Shown: piece after piece, positions 25,815 through 40,416 of the stretch
How positions within the stretch are numbered: the first letter of the stretch is position 1
Layout of the letters: the number at the start of each line of letters is the position of its first letter
Origin: Auanema rhodensis
Lineage: Eukaryota > Animalia > Nematoda
Direction: 5' to 3'
DNA length: 64,000 nt
NCBI GenBank assembly: GCA_964057225.1
Contig: OZ059895.1
Coordinates: 8,866,001-8,930,000 of the forward strand
The notes under the pieces: generated by a model
Seen by the model: the letters and a program-made list of their open reading frames with translations, nothing else
The model's database searches: none
Told to the model about the DNA's origin: nothing
Translations under genes and position numbers: made by a program

Positions 25815-27580
25815 TCAAGAAATAACTGTGGAATTATTATGATCAAACCAACAGCTTGATGCATTTATCTTAGTATCAGAGCAGTTTTGTAGATCGTAAG
25901 TACATTCAGTATTTCTCTCAGTTATTCGCCTCGCACTGAAAATATAGTGTTAAAACTAATAATTATATGAATTTGTTTTCAAATAAAAAAATATATCGAA
26001 AAATATAATTTAATATAAATTAAAAAGCAATATATTGTAATTTTCTAGTTATTTTTAAAAAATACCTCATAGGTTTTGTACATAGGTAGCAAGATAATGC
26101 TCGTCTCATTTGTGGCTTATTGAAATAAAACCAAATCCAGGGGTTCATACAACTGTTCAAGTTACCAAAAAGCATAATGAATGTTGCAAAGGTGGGATCT
26201 GAACATAACTTTAGCTGAAGTTTTTACTTGTGTTACTAACTAATAGCTTGAGGCCAAACTGCATCAACAACGGAGGTAATGCAGAACGGAGCCCAAAGGA
26301 GAAAATTAGCCGCAACAATGGTTAACGTTAACTTGACCGTCTGAATGCGACGACGATCTAACTCTAAACATTGCAGTGTTCCACCTAAAAATAATATCTC
26401 AATTTTTGTTTTTTATTAAGCTTCAAAGACCTTTTTGATGTGCTTGTAAGCCATTTGTTTGAAGGCAACGTTCTTCTGGAACAGCATTTCTGAAATACAG
26501 AAAATTAATTTGTTTATAATACTTATTGAATACCGTTGGAAGCTTTTAATTCGAAGACTTGATCCAAAGCTTGTGCTTTGCCATACAGCTTTACACACAC
26601 GAAAATAGAGGAAACCAGCAATGGCTGAAGGCAATAACCAGACAACAGCATTAAAAATAATCACATAGATGGTATACTGTAATTGAATAAAACACATTTT
26701 AGAATATTAATTATACTTATAATTATCTAATAGTTCAACAAGATGAATATTAGATAATTTGCAGTGAAATGTTCAAAAATCTCTTTTTAATGAAATAATA
26801 GAACTAAAATGTTAAGTAAAAATGTTTAAAACCTGTATTGGACTAGTATAATTTCCCATACAATCTCCATCTTTCTTTTGAAATAATGAAAGTTGAGGTG
26901 TTGAGAGTATCAAAGCTGCTGACCAAGCCAATAATGCGTAAATAGAAGGACGATTGTAAGCTGATGATCTCATAGAGGCGAGAGGACGACAAATTGCCTG
27001 AAAATATTATTTTAAAAAATGATATTGATTAGATTGAAAAACTGATATTACTTGATATCGATCAGCACTAATAGCTACCAACAAGAATGAGCTAGCATAC
27101 ATAGGAAATACCTTAAAATGAGACAAAGTTTTATTAAAAGTACAACATGACACCAACTTGTAACAATTTTGTAACTTTGCATAGAATATCTGGACCATAA
27201 AAGGTTGGTACAGTTAATGTAATTGCCATAGTTGGAATCATAGTTATAACAGCAAATAGAATATCAGCAGCACACATATGAAGCATTAACATCTAATTAA
27301 TATAAAATTATGACATACATATAATTATGTTTGAAAAACATACCTGTACAGGTGTTACACGTTTTCGGCGAACAATTTGATTATTTTTTAAAATTACAAA
27401 AATTAATAAAAAATTTCCAAATAATGTGAGTAGAATGATTAATGCATGGTGAATGATCATCCATTCTGTTGATGGAGCATCTAATATTGCTTCAGTCGAA
27501 TGATTAATATCAAGAAAGATTTCATCTGTATCAACTAGCCAATCATGATATGGTATTGAAAGCGATTCTGATTGTGACAT
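25815..27580 (-). CDS. ntr-1: Nematocin (oxytocin/vasopressin-like) receptor, class A GPCR
   Basis: RRKRVTPVQMLMLHMCAADILF, PMYASSFLLVAISADRYQAICRPLAS, RRIQTVKLTLTIVAANFLLWAPFC and GNLNSCMNPWIW. From memory this is closer to NTR-1 than to NTR-2. Confidence 0.88.
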
Positions 27581-30500
27581 AGCAATCTCTGAATAATTTT
27601 TAAACTTCTATTTTAATAATTTTACTATAAAATATATAATATATAGTATACTTTACTATATTATACAAGATTAATAAGACAATTTTGTGAATATCACATG
27701 AAGAACGAAATTTAACAAAGAAAACAGAGAAAATTATTAATCACATGAAAATTGAAAAGATATATTTAACCATGATTATTGTAATTGAACTGTTTTTATA
27801 CGTAAATCTATATAAGAATATTTAAATATTTATTTTTCAGTATAGAACTAAAAGTATAAAATTTGGATATTACTATTATATAATCCTATAGAGCAAAAGT
27901 AAAATTATATGGATATTTTGATAAATGTTTGATATTTAAGCTATTCAATACCTATAATTCTATATCAACTATATATGATATCATCTAATATAATATGTAA
28001 ATATTATCAAAACAATGTGAGGACTATTCATATTTAAATTAAAAATCTTTTTTTTTTTTTGAAAAAATTAAAGCAATGCTTTCTTGAATATATTGAAAAG
28101 AATGCAAATATAATATTAAAAATTGAGAATAGTTAAAAAGAAAAAATAACGAAGAGGAATGAAAATTTTGCAACAACTACATATGCACATGAATGTAAAA
28201 TAATCTTGATGAGTATGCTGTTGCGATAAACTTAAGATGACGTAAAAGAAAAATTTAGAAAAAGTATTTATTTTTGTATTGAATTGAGCCAATGAACGGT
28301 TGTTCTTCCTCTTTTCTAGCTCCACCCCCCAAAACTTTGTTCTCTCTTATATAATACATGTTTTCTTGTTCTATCTTACTAATCTTTCATACTTTCCTCA
28401 TTTACTTATGTACTTTTCAGACTTTTTAGTTTCAGATACAAATTAATATTAAAAGAAATAAATGTGGAAGAATATAGTCAATTGTATCTGTAAAAATGAT
28501 AAGAATACTAATTATAAAATTAAATAATTTGTATAATATAAATATAAAATGATGATTATGAATAAGATGACACCTTAAGATATAGATAGATAGATATGAT
28601 ATAGAGGATGTATGATATTACAAAGATTCATCAAAAATCTACAAATTGAAAGAAACCTTTTATTTTTATAATGTGTATATACATATCAATATAGGTTTCT
28701 AAGGTATAAGAAAATTTAATTTCAATTTAGTTTTTGAACTTTTATCAGTTTGGTAGAGAATCCCTCACATTCAAGACCATTATAGAAATATTTAGTGTTG
28801 CGTATACATGATCAGAAGTTCATTTATAAGAGAGAGAAAAATTAAAGATTAATAGTTAAAACAATAAAATTTTAAAATAAAATATAAAACATCTACATAT
28901 ACATGTTTATATATTTTATATTTTATATATTATATGTTATAACTATATAATAACTATATAATATGTACAACTTGTATAAAAAATGTATTGTTATTATCAA
29001 ATTTTGCATAATAAATTTACATTTCAAATCTTAAAATTAAAAAAAAAAGTAATTTGTAACTCTTCCATACAAAATTTTATCATATTGTAGTTTAATTAAC
29101 ATTAAATATATTTAATTAATAATCAGTAAATCAAAAAAACAGTGATATCATTTGATTTGGTTTGTATGTGAAATTATTTTATAAAATCAAATTGTTCATG
29201 TACTTCTTATATAAAACTATATGGATAGTATTTAGAATATAATGATATTATGAAATGAAGATTATATTTGAGTGAAATCAACGAAACATTCAGATCACAA
29301 ATCATTAAAGAAAAAAAAAGAAATTTAAATGTTATAACATTATTAAAATAAATATTTTTATATCTTTATATTATATTTTTAAAAAATTATATCATAAACT
29401 ATATTATCTTTATGTTTTTTAACAAAAGAATTTCATAAATCTAATATCTACATATATAATATATGAATATACACATATTTCATTTCAAATATTAAAGTTT
29501 ATGAGATTATTTTAAATATATTTATATATATAAATATTATATAATATAAATATTTAATTCCTTGATGAAATATGGAAGTTTTTTTTTATTTGCAAGAAGT
29601 GGGGTGAATGCGGGGATGGAGTAAAAAGGAGGGGGGGGGGCTGAAGGTTACAGAAATGGACAATAGATATACACGGCAGAGTTTCTTAAATAATACTTCT
29701 TTTTTTGGAAATATATTTTCAATTGTGAACTATTTAATAAAAAAATAATTAGAAAACACAAAATTTAATTTCTTTTATTTATATTAATGAATATATTAAA
29801 TTCATCAAATGACATGCGAATATCATGTATTATAATATGAAAATGAATACTTTTTGACTTAAAATATAAATGATTTATAATAAATTTATATACATATAGA
29901 TAGATGTATATTATAGTAAATAATATAATTTTATTTGTTATCTATTACTATACAATAATTAAACTAATGAATTGCTTTGTTTTTCTTTTATAAATTATTT
30001 TAAATGAATTATATAAAAGATTTATATAAACAGAACATTATTGACCTGGCTAAATGAAAATATTAGAATCAAATGTATGTATCATCATTATTTTTAAAAA
30101 AAATTTATAATATAACATCTATATACATATAGATTAAGATTTAAGTTCATATAAATTGTTCAGCTTCAACATGATCATTGGACGACAAGTGGATTTTGAG
30201 GAAAAAATTTTCTGCTTAACGGTTGAGGATAATTAGAAAATTTGAAATTGAAATGTCACTGGTTCTCACATCTACTGAGAGACTTTTTCTGAAGTATGGA
30301 GAGCAAAGAGAGGACTATAACAAAGAAAGAAAAGGGCAGAAATAGCCGTGGGCAGTTTGCATCTACTTCAAGTCAGATCTCAAAGACTGCAATTGAGTTT
30401 GAAACCAGTAAGAATACAAATAGGGTTTAGAACTTTTGAAAAAAGATAAAAAGTTTTCAACAAGAAGGAAAAAGAAATATTTCTTTTTCTCTTCCATTTT

Positions 30501-31147
30501 TTTATTTATTTTTTCATAAATATATAGATAATAATCTATTAGATTATTTATAAGAAATAAGATTTTTATAAGATAAATGATGAAATTTGATCAATATTTC
30601 TTATAAAAAACATTAAAGAATAAAACTAACTTTATTAAATAAAATACAAACTTGAGTTCTATAGTTTGAAATATAGCTTCAAAGTTATATATTTTTTTTT
30701 CAAAAAAATTTCATATAATAAAATTTTTTTTTTTATTTTTTTCACATAATTATACATAAATAATTTTATTATTATTATTATTCTAATATTTTATTATACA
30801 AAATAAGTGAATGAGAACACTATTGAATAGAAGATTGAATAAACAATAAAGAAAGTGAAAATTCATATACTATAATCCCACAAATATAATGAAAATCTTA
30901 ATTAGAATAATAAAAGAAAGTTTACCTAAGTTGGTAAATTATATAAAATTATGATTAAAATATTATATTTTCTATTCAAAATAAATTAAATTTTGTGATT
31001 AAAAAGTTATGAAAATGAATGTGAAAATATATTTTATTGAAGAAAATATTTGGAAAAAAGAAAAAAATTTAATATATTTACTTTTTTTTTTACTTCTTAT
31101 CATCATAATATCCATATTATTCATGTATTATCTCGCTTTATCATATC

Positions 31148-32576
31148 TTAAGTTCCAGGTCTTAAACGGAAAACTTCTGTGATGCGTTTGCATGGGGAAG
31201 TTAAAATTTTCTTCCAAACTACGTGATCACATCCACTTGATACATCAGATAATCCAAATTGTCCAATGACTTTTCTAATAATAAATAAATTTAAAGTTTA
31301 ATTATAAACATATATGTGATTAAATTAAAGAATTTTTCTAATTTATAAACTATTATAGATAAAATAAATTGATAAATTTAATTAAAAGTCTCGAAAATTT
31401 ATATTTTTTTCTGTATTTTCTTTAAAAATTAACTTACGAATGTTCTTGAAGTTGAATAACTTGTATAACAAGAATACAATTTGATACATTATATGAATGA
31501 ATTGAGAAGAAAAATCTTTTAAAGTGAAAACCATGTTGATTATCAATATAAGGAGATGATTTATCTTCTAAAATTGTTTAAAAAAATAAAAAAAATAAAA
31601 CAAAAAGAAAATACCTGTTTGATATGTATCATATAATTGATTATTATTATATAAATAAGCTTTCAAACGAACTGCTACAAATATAATTAACTATTCATAT
31701 AGTTATGAAAACATTTAAAAACCTTTTATGTTATCATCTTTTTTTAAATTTGTAACTTTAATCTTTTCAATATTCAATCGTTGAGCTGTTGGTAGATAAG
31801 CTAATGTTAGTTCAACTTCACCAAGATCCTAAATATCAATATGATTACTATATTATAATAGTTAATATAGATTATATACAGGACTTGTCATTGTTAATGG
31901 TAAAATGAAATCATGAAATGTTGGTATTGGCCGATTATTAATCCAATAATCACATTCAGATATTAAAATCTGAAATTTTTATAAAAATTAATGTAAAAAA
32001 GAATAATTATACTTCATCATTCATATGATTAACATCACAAAACTGTATTCGAAGTAGAGTTTGACGAAACAGTTCTTTCGAAACAGTACAAGTGAAGAAC
32101 TCATTGAAGATTGTTGTTGATTCTCTTTCAACTGCAAGTGTACGAAATACTGTTGTATTATGTGTTTCAATTTCCTATAATATTTATATATTATTAACTA
32201 TATCATATAGTATATACTATATACAGTTATATATATATATATTCTTTACCTCTTTTGTGATTTGTCGAGGTCTACCCATCCAAGAATTCTTATGAATTCC
32301 ACATACCACATACAATACAGCACGAGACATTTTTTTACGATAACTTATAAGATATGGACAATTTGAAATCTTAAAGTTTTAAAAGAAATTTTGAAATTAA
32401 AGTTTCATAAAACTTACTCTTCTGATATAAATATTGAATGTTTCATCTTTTTCAATATATTCCATAGATATACTTACAGTTGGATGATGACATTCATCAT
32501 CCTTTAAACCAAAATATTTAAATTTTTAAAAAAATAAATGAAAACTAACTGAATCAGAATCATTAGATAAATCCAT
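31148..32576 (-). CDS. Divergent tandem-C2 (synaptotagmin-like) protein; 5' end uncertain
   Basis: Exons give PTVSISMEY, TIFNEFFTC..LLRIQFCD, DLGEVELTLAYLPTAQRLNI (a C2B start) and KVIGQFGL...WKKILTSPCKRITEVFRL (a synaptotagmin-like C-terminus). Confidence 0.65.
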
Positions 32577-34059
32577 TTATACTTCAATTTTGATTTTCAA
32601 TTGAATGAATGAAAATCAATAATTTTGTCGATACTAACAACAAATATACAGATGGCTTTTATATATCCTTTTATGATTTTCACAAATATGGGAACAATTA
32701 TATTTGAAAAAAGAACGAATAAATCGATATTATTTATAAAATATCAACTAACTATATGTATATAGTTAATATATTTATGTATATTTTTCATTTTTGTATA
32801 GTTCAAGAATTCCAAATATATTATGTATATCGTTAAGTTACGCAAGAACAAAAGAACCGTGTCTGGTGATGATGCTTCATCTTCGTCGATCGTGATTCGT
32901 ACAAAATACACATAAAACACATACAAACCAAGTTATCTTCTTCTTCTTGTTATCTTCTTCTCCTACTTATTCTTCTTCTTCTTCATCGTCTTCTTATTCT
33001 TGCTCAGATTTATAATCATCTTATTTTTCATTCAAATACATCATAATATTTTTATAATTTTGTATGTAAAAGTATATGTGTATATAGTTATATAAACTAT
33101 TAAAATTATAATAAATAATAATTAATATTATTACTGTTTGTGGTTTTCAAATAAAAATATTTAAAAAATTATAATTTTAATTAAATATTATTATTGTAAT
33201 ATATTTTAAACTATTCATTATAGACTATTTAGTTAAATAACTTTATGTAATCAAGTATTTTGTTCTGATTTCCTTCTTTACCTTCACTTTATCTTCTTCC
33301 TTCTGTTTCTCTTAACCCTTTCGTCAATCTTGTCTGTCTAGTAAACATGAAGCTTTTGTTTACCTACAACATCTATAAATTGTATCTCTCAATGTTGAGC
33401 CTCATAGAGGTTGAAAGAGAGAAAATGAAAGAATAAGAGGACAACCTTTATCTAGACAGTTCTTAATCTGAGAGACAGAAAAGAAACAGACAAAATAGAA
33501 AATAGTGTAATGATGATGAAGATGACAGGTCGTGATGTAGGCAAAACGTTCAGCAATTTGATGGTTTGGCTGGCCAAGAAAGGTGATCCCCCAATGTCCA
33601 GTCTAGCTAGGAGCACACACATATGGTCCATTTCTCTTCCAACTTATAGCTTTCTATCTAGCTCATTTTACCATATTTGATGTTAAATTTTCATATAGTA
33701 TATAGTTATGAATATTATATTAAAAACACTAACTATATGATTATATAGAAAGTCATTTCCCATGACATATAACAATTCATCCGTGACTTCTTGCCCTCTA
33801 TTTTCTTGTTGACTGCTGCTTTGCTTTGTTTCATTCATTTTGATTATTTTCATTGAAAAGCTTATATTATGATTTTCAAAAATAAAATATTTCCTTTTAT
33901 ATATAATCGATTGATTATAATAGTTAGTTAAATAGAAAATAGTATTAGTTCTTGTGCTTCTGTCTAGCATATAAAGCTCTTCTAATCTGATGAGGTTGAT
34001 TGTGCTTATGGACGAACGTCAACCCCGAACCTTATGTAGATATATCCTTATGCCTATGC

Positions 34060-34081
34060 CTATCTCTCTATCTCTCTATCC

Positions 34082-34115
<34 letters not shown>

Positions 34116-34255
34116 TTCTCTCTCTCGCTCTCTCTCTTTTTCTCTCTCTTTTACCGTTTTCAATTTGGTATTTGTGTCTCTGCTCTGAGTTATCATCTAA
34201 TCTCCTTGTTGTGTCTCTCTCACTTTCTTCGTCAGCACACACACACACACACAAG
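34060..34255. repeat. (CT)n and (CA)n microsatellites
   Basis: Visible dinucleotide runs. Confidence 0.9.
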
Positions 34256-35657
34256 GTCAGCCATAGCTTCTCCTTATAATTTCTGTAATGGCCTGTATTC
34301 TCATTTGTTCATGCACTATCTCGATTCATGTTTGTTCTTCCTGCCCAAGCCTTATGTTTGCTCTCACCTTCAGTTCAAAGGGAGACGAACACCCAAAGTT
34401 ACGATCAATAATCGTACTATACCTTATTCTCTTCTTTTCGTATAAATTATACCTCAATGTTGAGGCTTTTGGTCGTCGAACACATTCCAACTCCTTTTCT
34501 TAAACATTTACCTCATATTTTAACCAATTTCTATAGTTTTGAGTTATAATTTAATTATATTAACTATATGAATATAATATAATTTATTCATTTTCTTGAT
34601 TTTTATGATTTTAATGATGAAAATCCATCAATATATTCCATTTTTTCTTTTTATTTAAATACATTATGGTATGAAATAGATTTCCATTTTGATTGTATAC
34701 TTATGATTCATAACATCGTCAGAATTTTCTCAACTCTTATGTATATATGTATGTATGTTGATGACATTTTCTATAACAATTTTCTTTACTATATAGTAAA
34801 TTTATTCAAAACTATATTATATGAAATTATTTGTTTTATTATAAATTAAAAATATTATATTAATTAACTTAAATACTATATGAAGAAGAAGAATAAGAAG
34901 AAGAAGAAGGAGGAGAAGAGAGTAAGGTGTCTTACACATTGAATAGATGGATGAAGTCATCTCTCATTTGAAATATAAAAAATCTTTTTAAATGTTTTAA
35001 TTAACTATATTTAATAATTAATAAACTATATCATAATTCTTGTAATTTCCTCTTAGTTATAAGTTATTTTTTCTTCATAATTCTTATATAACAATCATGT
35101 AGACATTCTCAAAAAGAAAAAAAATTTATTTCATCCTCCGCTTTCCGAAAGATGAGCAATCATTCTTTTCTACACATTCTATAGATGATCGATCAATATT
35201 CCTTATCAGCACTTTTCCTCCTTTTCTCTCTATCTTATTCATTTTCTCTCTTATACTCTCTTCTCCAATCTCTCTCAACATTACAAGCTTTGCCTTCTTA
35301 ACAACACACATGGACCAGTCATAGTCGCTGTCCTTCTCTATGCGCAATCTAAAAAAGCATGAATCATAAGTCTTCCACCTACCTCTTTTTACTTTTTTTC
35401 TCTCTTCCTCTCACTTATTTTATTTTTTCTTTATCTATTTCTTATAGCTCTCTCTCTCTCTCTATTTCCTTCTTTATTATGACCATACTCACCCTCTTTC
35501 TATTCATTTTCATGTCTGTATGTAATGGTCCCAATTCCATGTATGCTGATTGCAGATATGTTTTTCCATCATATATTGATTTTTTTAGTTTATTTCTTCA
35601 TAATAATCATTTACTATATCATATAATATTTATATTATAAATATATATTTTTCAGAT

Positions 35658-36521
35658 ATGCATCTCCGGCTATCTCATATAGCACTTTTGTGCACGTTTG
35701 GAGCATTAGGTAATATTTTATATTTTTATTCACATATATCAAAAATTATTATTTTTTATTATAATTTTCTTATATTTTTAGTTTATTATGCTGATGCTCA
35801 AGCTCTTAATGATCCAATCACACAATATATTGAGGGACGTTTAGGAAATCGTCGTATCTTTTGGTGTCCTAGTGGTTATGGTATAATTTTGAAGTTTTAT
35901 TAAAATATTTACTTTTTCATCATATAGTTAGTAATAATTTTGTTATCTGGTTGTGACCTTCTTTGTACTATTGCTAACCTTAGCGCTCGGGGATAGGCTA
36001 ATGCTGGTTAAAAGCGAGAAGGACAGACTAAAACCTAGCCTAAGCATAGTAATTATGGGATTTATTTCCATAGTAATATATCTATTGATGAATAACAGAT
36101 CATATAGATTAGTCAAACTGTTCTTTCATTATAAACCTTCGAATATAAAAAAAAATTAAAAAATGATAGAAACATGAAATGAAGTTAATGTTGTAAGCTT
36201 AACAGCTATTTTCAGGATATTTGGCTTACTGTCCACAGCCAACTGACTGGGATAACTATAACTGGTGTTGCACATGGCCATACATGGGCAGTTGGAAGCC
36301 ATCATGCTGTCCATTTGCTATTCCAACTGGAGCAGTAGTAGCCATTATTATAGCTTCAATTGTCCTTGTAGCCGGTATGTATAATCAGTTTAAAACTTAA
36401 AACTTAAAACATAATTGATTATAATATAATAATTAATATTTCAGTGCTGATTGCCTTATCATGCTGGTGCTGTTATTGCTGTCCGTTATACAAGCAACTT
36501 TATGAGTACGAAGATGATTAG
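35658..36521 (+). CDS. Small single-pass Cys-rich membrane protein (Shisa/CX-like architecture), 4 exons
   Basis: Signal peptide MHLRLSHIALLCTFGALVYYADA, ectodomain FWCPSGYGYLAYCPQPTDWDNYNWCC...KPSCC, TM AVVAIIIASIVLVAVLIAL and tail SCWCCYCCPLYK. TAG at 36519-36521. Confidence 0.82.
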
Positions 36522-37533
36522 ATTAATCATTTTTCAAATAAGTGAAAAAACTATGAATTATATTTAGTTTTTCTACAAATTTCGTTTTTTTTTTATAAAA
36601 AAATATAATTATTATAACTAATTTTCAAATATCCATCTGTTTGTGCCAGATAGATTATAATATAATATATATATATATCTAAATATGAAACATCAAACAT
36701 AGTTTTAGTTTCTTTCTTTTCTTTTAGATTTTAACTTTTTTTTTTAAAAAAATTTAATCTGATGATTCTCTTGACGAATTTCCAACTTTCCCGTCTCTTT
36801 CTTCATTTTTTTTGTTTAATTTCTCAAACATTTTATGTTTTTTAAATCCTTAAATGTCATATTACTCATTAATTTATGTATATTATATTATACATATAAT
36901 ATATAATATATATATAATATATATATTATAATTAAAATTATTTAGCAAACAACAAATATTTCTTTTTTTCTTCTTTAAAATTGAAGTTATCATGTATGTA
37001 ATGCCTGACCTCACTTATACAATCATCATTAAGTTGATATCTTTGAAATTGGCAAGAAGATGTGATACGATGTACATCATATTTCTCATAAAATATTTTT
37101 TTTTCTTTGTTGTAAAAAATAAAAGTTTATAATTATATTTTTATTTATTTAAATAATATTAAAGCAAATAAAATTAAAAGAAAAAAAGAATTATAATATA
37201 TACAATATAATAAAGTTATAGTATATAGTATAGTATAGTATATAATATATATTTTAAATAATATTTTATTTAAATTCTAATTTTATTTTATATATCTATC
37301 TATCTATATATACTATATACTACATGTATCTACATATTTATCATAAAATGAAATTTTGTTCCAAATGAATCAAGGCTTTATTGGCTTTTACTCAAGTTTG
37401 TTCATAAAGTTTGAAAAGATTTCAATTTATAAAAAAACTTTAATTTAGTTTTCAAATTGAATAATCTCCGTATACTTCTGATATATATATATATCAGAAT
37501 ATAATAGATATACATATATATATCTTATTATTT

Positions 37534-40416
37534 CTATTTTTTTTCCCAAAATGCTTCTAATATCTCAGCATGTCTTTCTGGAGCTATTCGATATTCAATT
37601 CTACCTGTTTCTGATCGAAAACTAAAAAAAATAAAATAAAATATAATAAATATAAATTATATATAATTACCTAGGACTTGAATGTAATTCTGGTGTATCA
37701 TTTAGTTTAACACTTTCTTCTACAGATAAATTTTGCTGAAAAATTTGAAACAATGATGGATAAGAAGAAGAAGAAGAAGGAAGAGAACTAACTTGAATTG
37801 ATACTGGTTGATGATGTTTTGGAAAGAATTTTTTAAAAATATCATCAACTCTTTGTCGTAGATAGTAATGTCTTCTTAGACATATCTTAATTATATAATT
37901 ATAATAAGTAATAAATATTATAAAACATACAATTGGATGAGCTAATGCATGTAATGATGGAAAAGCAAATATAATAGTTGATAAATTATATTGATATACA
38001 GTTAAATTAGGTTCAGCTCTAAATATAATAATAAATAATATTATAAATAATAATAATAATAATTACCTTAAATCACGTATTGGTATTAATAAACATAAAT
38101 ATGATAAATATAATACAGCATGTAATACAGCTGATGGTAATAACATTTGTGTTGTACGATATGTTTCATATATCTATAATATTATATATTATTTACTATT
38201 ATAACTATATGTATATTACTTGAAAACGTTTACTTAATGAATATTTAGCTGTATTAATACCCAATCCATCAGCTTCACTACGACTTAAAATTAAAACATA
38301 ACCAAATAATGAAATAGTTCCAGCTTCAACCTGTAATAAACAAACTTTTTTTATAAAAAAAATTGAAGTTATAACATACAACAGCACATATAGATATACG
38401 TAATAACATAGCATAACGTTCTGTTAATGATGCTCCATCACATACACATACACCTTCATCTCTTAAAATGAATGAAATTTAATTATAATTTTATATAAAA
38501 TTTACGTTAAATTAGCCACATAGTTAATAGTTACATATATTGCTGCTGACCATGCAAATAGAAACATTCCCTTAAACATTTTTATTAAAATATATATAAG
38601 ATTTATATAGTATAGTTAAGTATATTATATACTTACTTTTACATATAATGATATAACTCCTGATGTTATATGTCGTTTTGTAGCTATTAATCTTTCAGCA
38701 CCAACACCAACCATTAGAAGACAAGTTGCAGCATCCCAAGGAACCATTGCAACATTAATCGTTGAACACCAAACACTTCAAGGTTTAGAGTTTATAATAT
38801 TATAATCATCATAACTTATATTAAAGAATATTTGTATAATCCTTCAATCTATTGAAAAATTTTCTTTTTTTTTCATCTTATTTGATATGTTTTCTCATTT
38901 AAAGTAATGTGAAACAAGATCAATTTCATAGGATAGATAGATAAAGAGATAGATGGATTTACATATATCTAAAGAAGACTTTCAAATATATATTTCATAT
39001 TTCATCTGATTGTTAATTGAAAGTTGTTAGTTAAAGTTTGAAAATTAGAATTTCAATTCTGAACTTTGCTTGTTTCCGGAGCTGTACCAATCTGTTGAAA
39101 CCCTTCCTCATATCTTTTCAAAAGATTGGTTTTGAATATGAAAAAAGAGACAAATATAGAAGGAAAATGAATAAGAGGATAGATGATATAGTAAGAAAGA
39201 AATAGAAAATAGTATGTGAATATGAGAGATATCTGATAGATAGAGGAAAATGAAAGAAATATGTTCTTACTACAAGGCCATGAATAGCCTTTTTGAGTCG
39301 AAAAAGCCAATTAATGCGTTTCCGTTCACATGATCATCATGAATGTCTCTGAATATCGTCGTTGTCTACGAGAGCTATGTCATGTTCAATAACATAGAAC
39401 ATAAGCTATGTATGAGAAAGTTGAAAAAAAATGAAAGAAAATTTGAAAAAAAGATAAGAAGATGAAGAAGAAGAAGAAAATGAGGACGATGATGATGAAG
39501 AAGATGAAGAAGATGATGATGAAGAAGAATAGTAAATAATGAATAAGATTATAACAATCAGAATCAAATTTTCAAAAAAGAAAATTGTATAAAATTACCT
39601 TTTAGTTGCTTTATATGGAAATCCATAAATTCCCAAATAAAAGAAATATAGATTATATAAAAGACCAGCTAAAGCATTAATAGCAAAACATATAGATATT
39701 GTTGATAACATTAACCGCATATTACGATGCATCACACCAGCTCTCTAAAATAAAATTTTATTTTTATTATTATTTATAATATTTTATTATAATTTTTATT
39801 AAAATAAATATATAAGATTTATATATTAATATATGACACACATTGAAACACATGGCTTCTGACGTCATCATATCCTATTAGTATATGATATCATTGAAAT
39901 CATTGAAAGTTTCTTTTTTTTCAAATTATAAGTTGTAAAGATTTTTAATTATTATATATTATTATATATATATAATATAATTAAATATTATAATAAATAT
40001 TATTATTTTTGATAATAAATGGTTAAAGATAAAATAACATTATAATTATATTTTATAATTATATGTATATGTATATAAGTAATTAATTATATAATATTTG
40101 GTTTTTAATACTTTTTTTTTCTGTTTCTTACCACACATATGACAATAAAGAAAATATTTGCACATATAGCAGAAACATTGATGAAAGTAATAAAGCCTTG
40201 AAGGGCAAACCATCCAAAATCGCCTTTTTCACCACCAAGTGGACAAATAGATGAATCTGTAATGAAAACAACATGGCTTTTCAATATATATATCTCCTTT
40301 AACTATATATATATATAGTAACTATATGTATATAGTTAAAGAATATAATACTTACTAGAGTAATAACTATGATGATGATGAACACGATGACGAATGAAAT
40401 CGTGCTGTTGAAGCAT
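37534..40416 (-). CDS. Serpentine chemoreceptor, Sra superfamily (Srab/Srb-like); start tentative
   Basis: GVMHRNMRLML, GAERLIAT, KYSLSKRFQIYETYRTTQMLLP and the terminal LEAFWEKK* are hallmark Sra-superfamily motifs. Confidence 0.8.

Noticed and set aside
30160-30420. GC-richer patch that might be an exon
   Set aside because: Only short frames are present, with no consistent splice pair or neighbouring exons. More likely regulatory.
33990-34503. ORFs rich in SL/ER dipeptides (also at ~41820, 42385, 54047, 54168, 55630, 56379)
   Set aside because: Translations of GA/CT or GAT microsatellites.
36033-36045. CCTAGCCTAAG resembling nematode telomeric (GCCTAA)n
   Set aside because: Fewer than two full units, so not distinguishable from chance.
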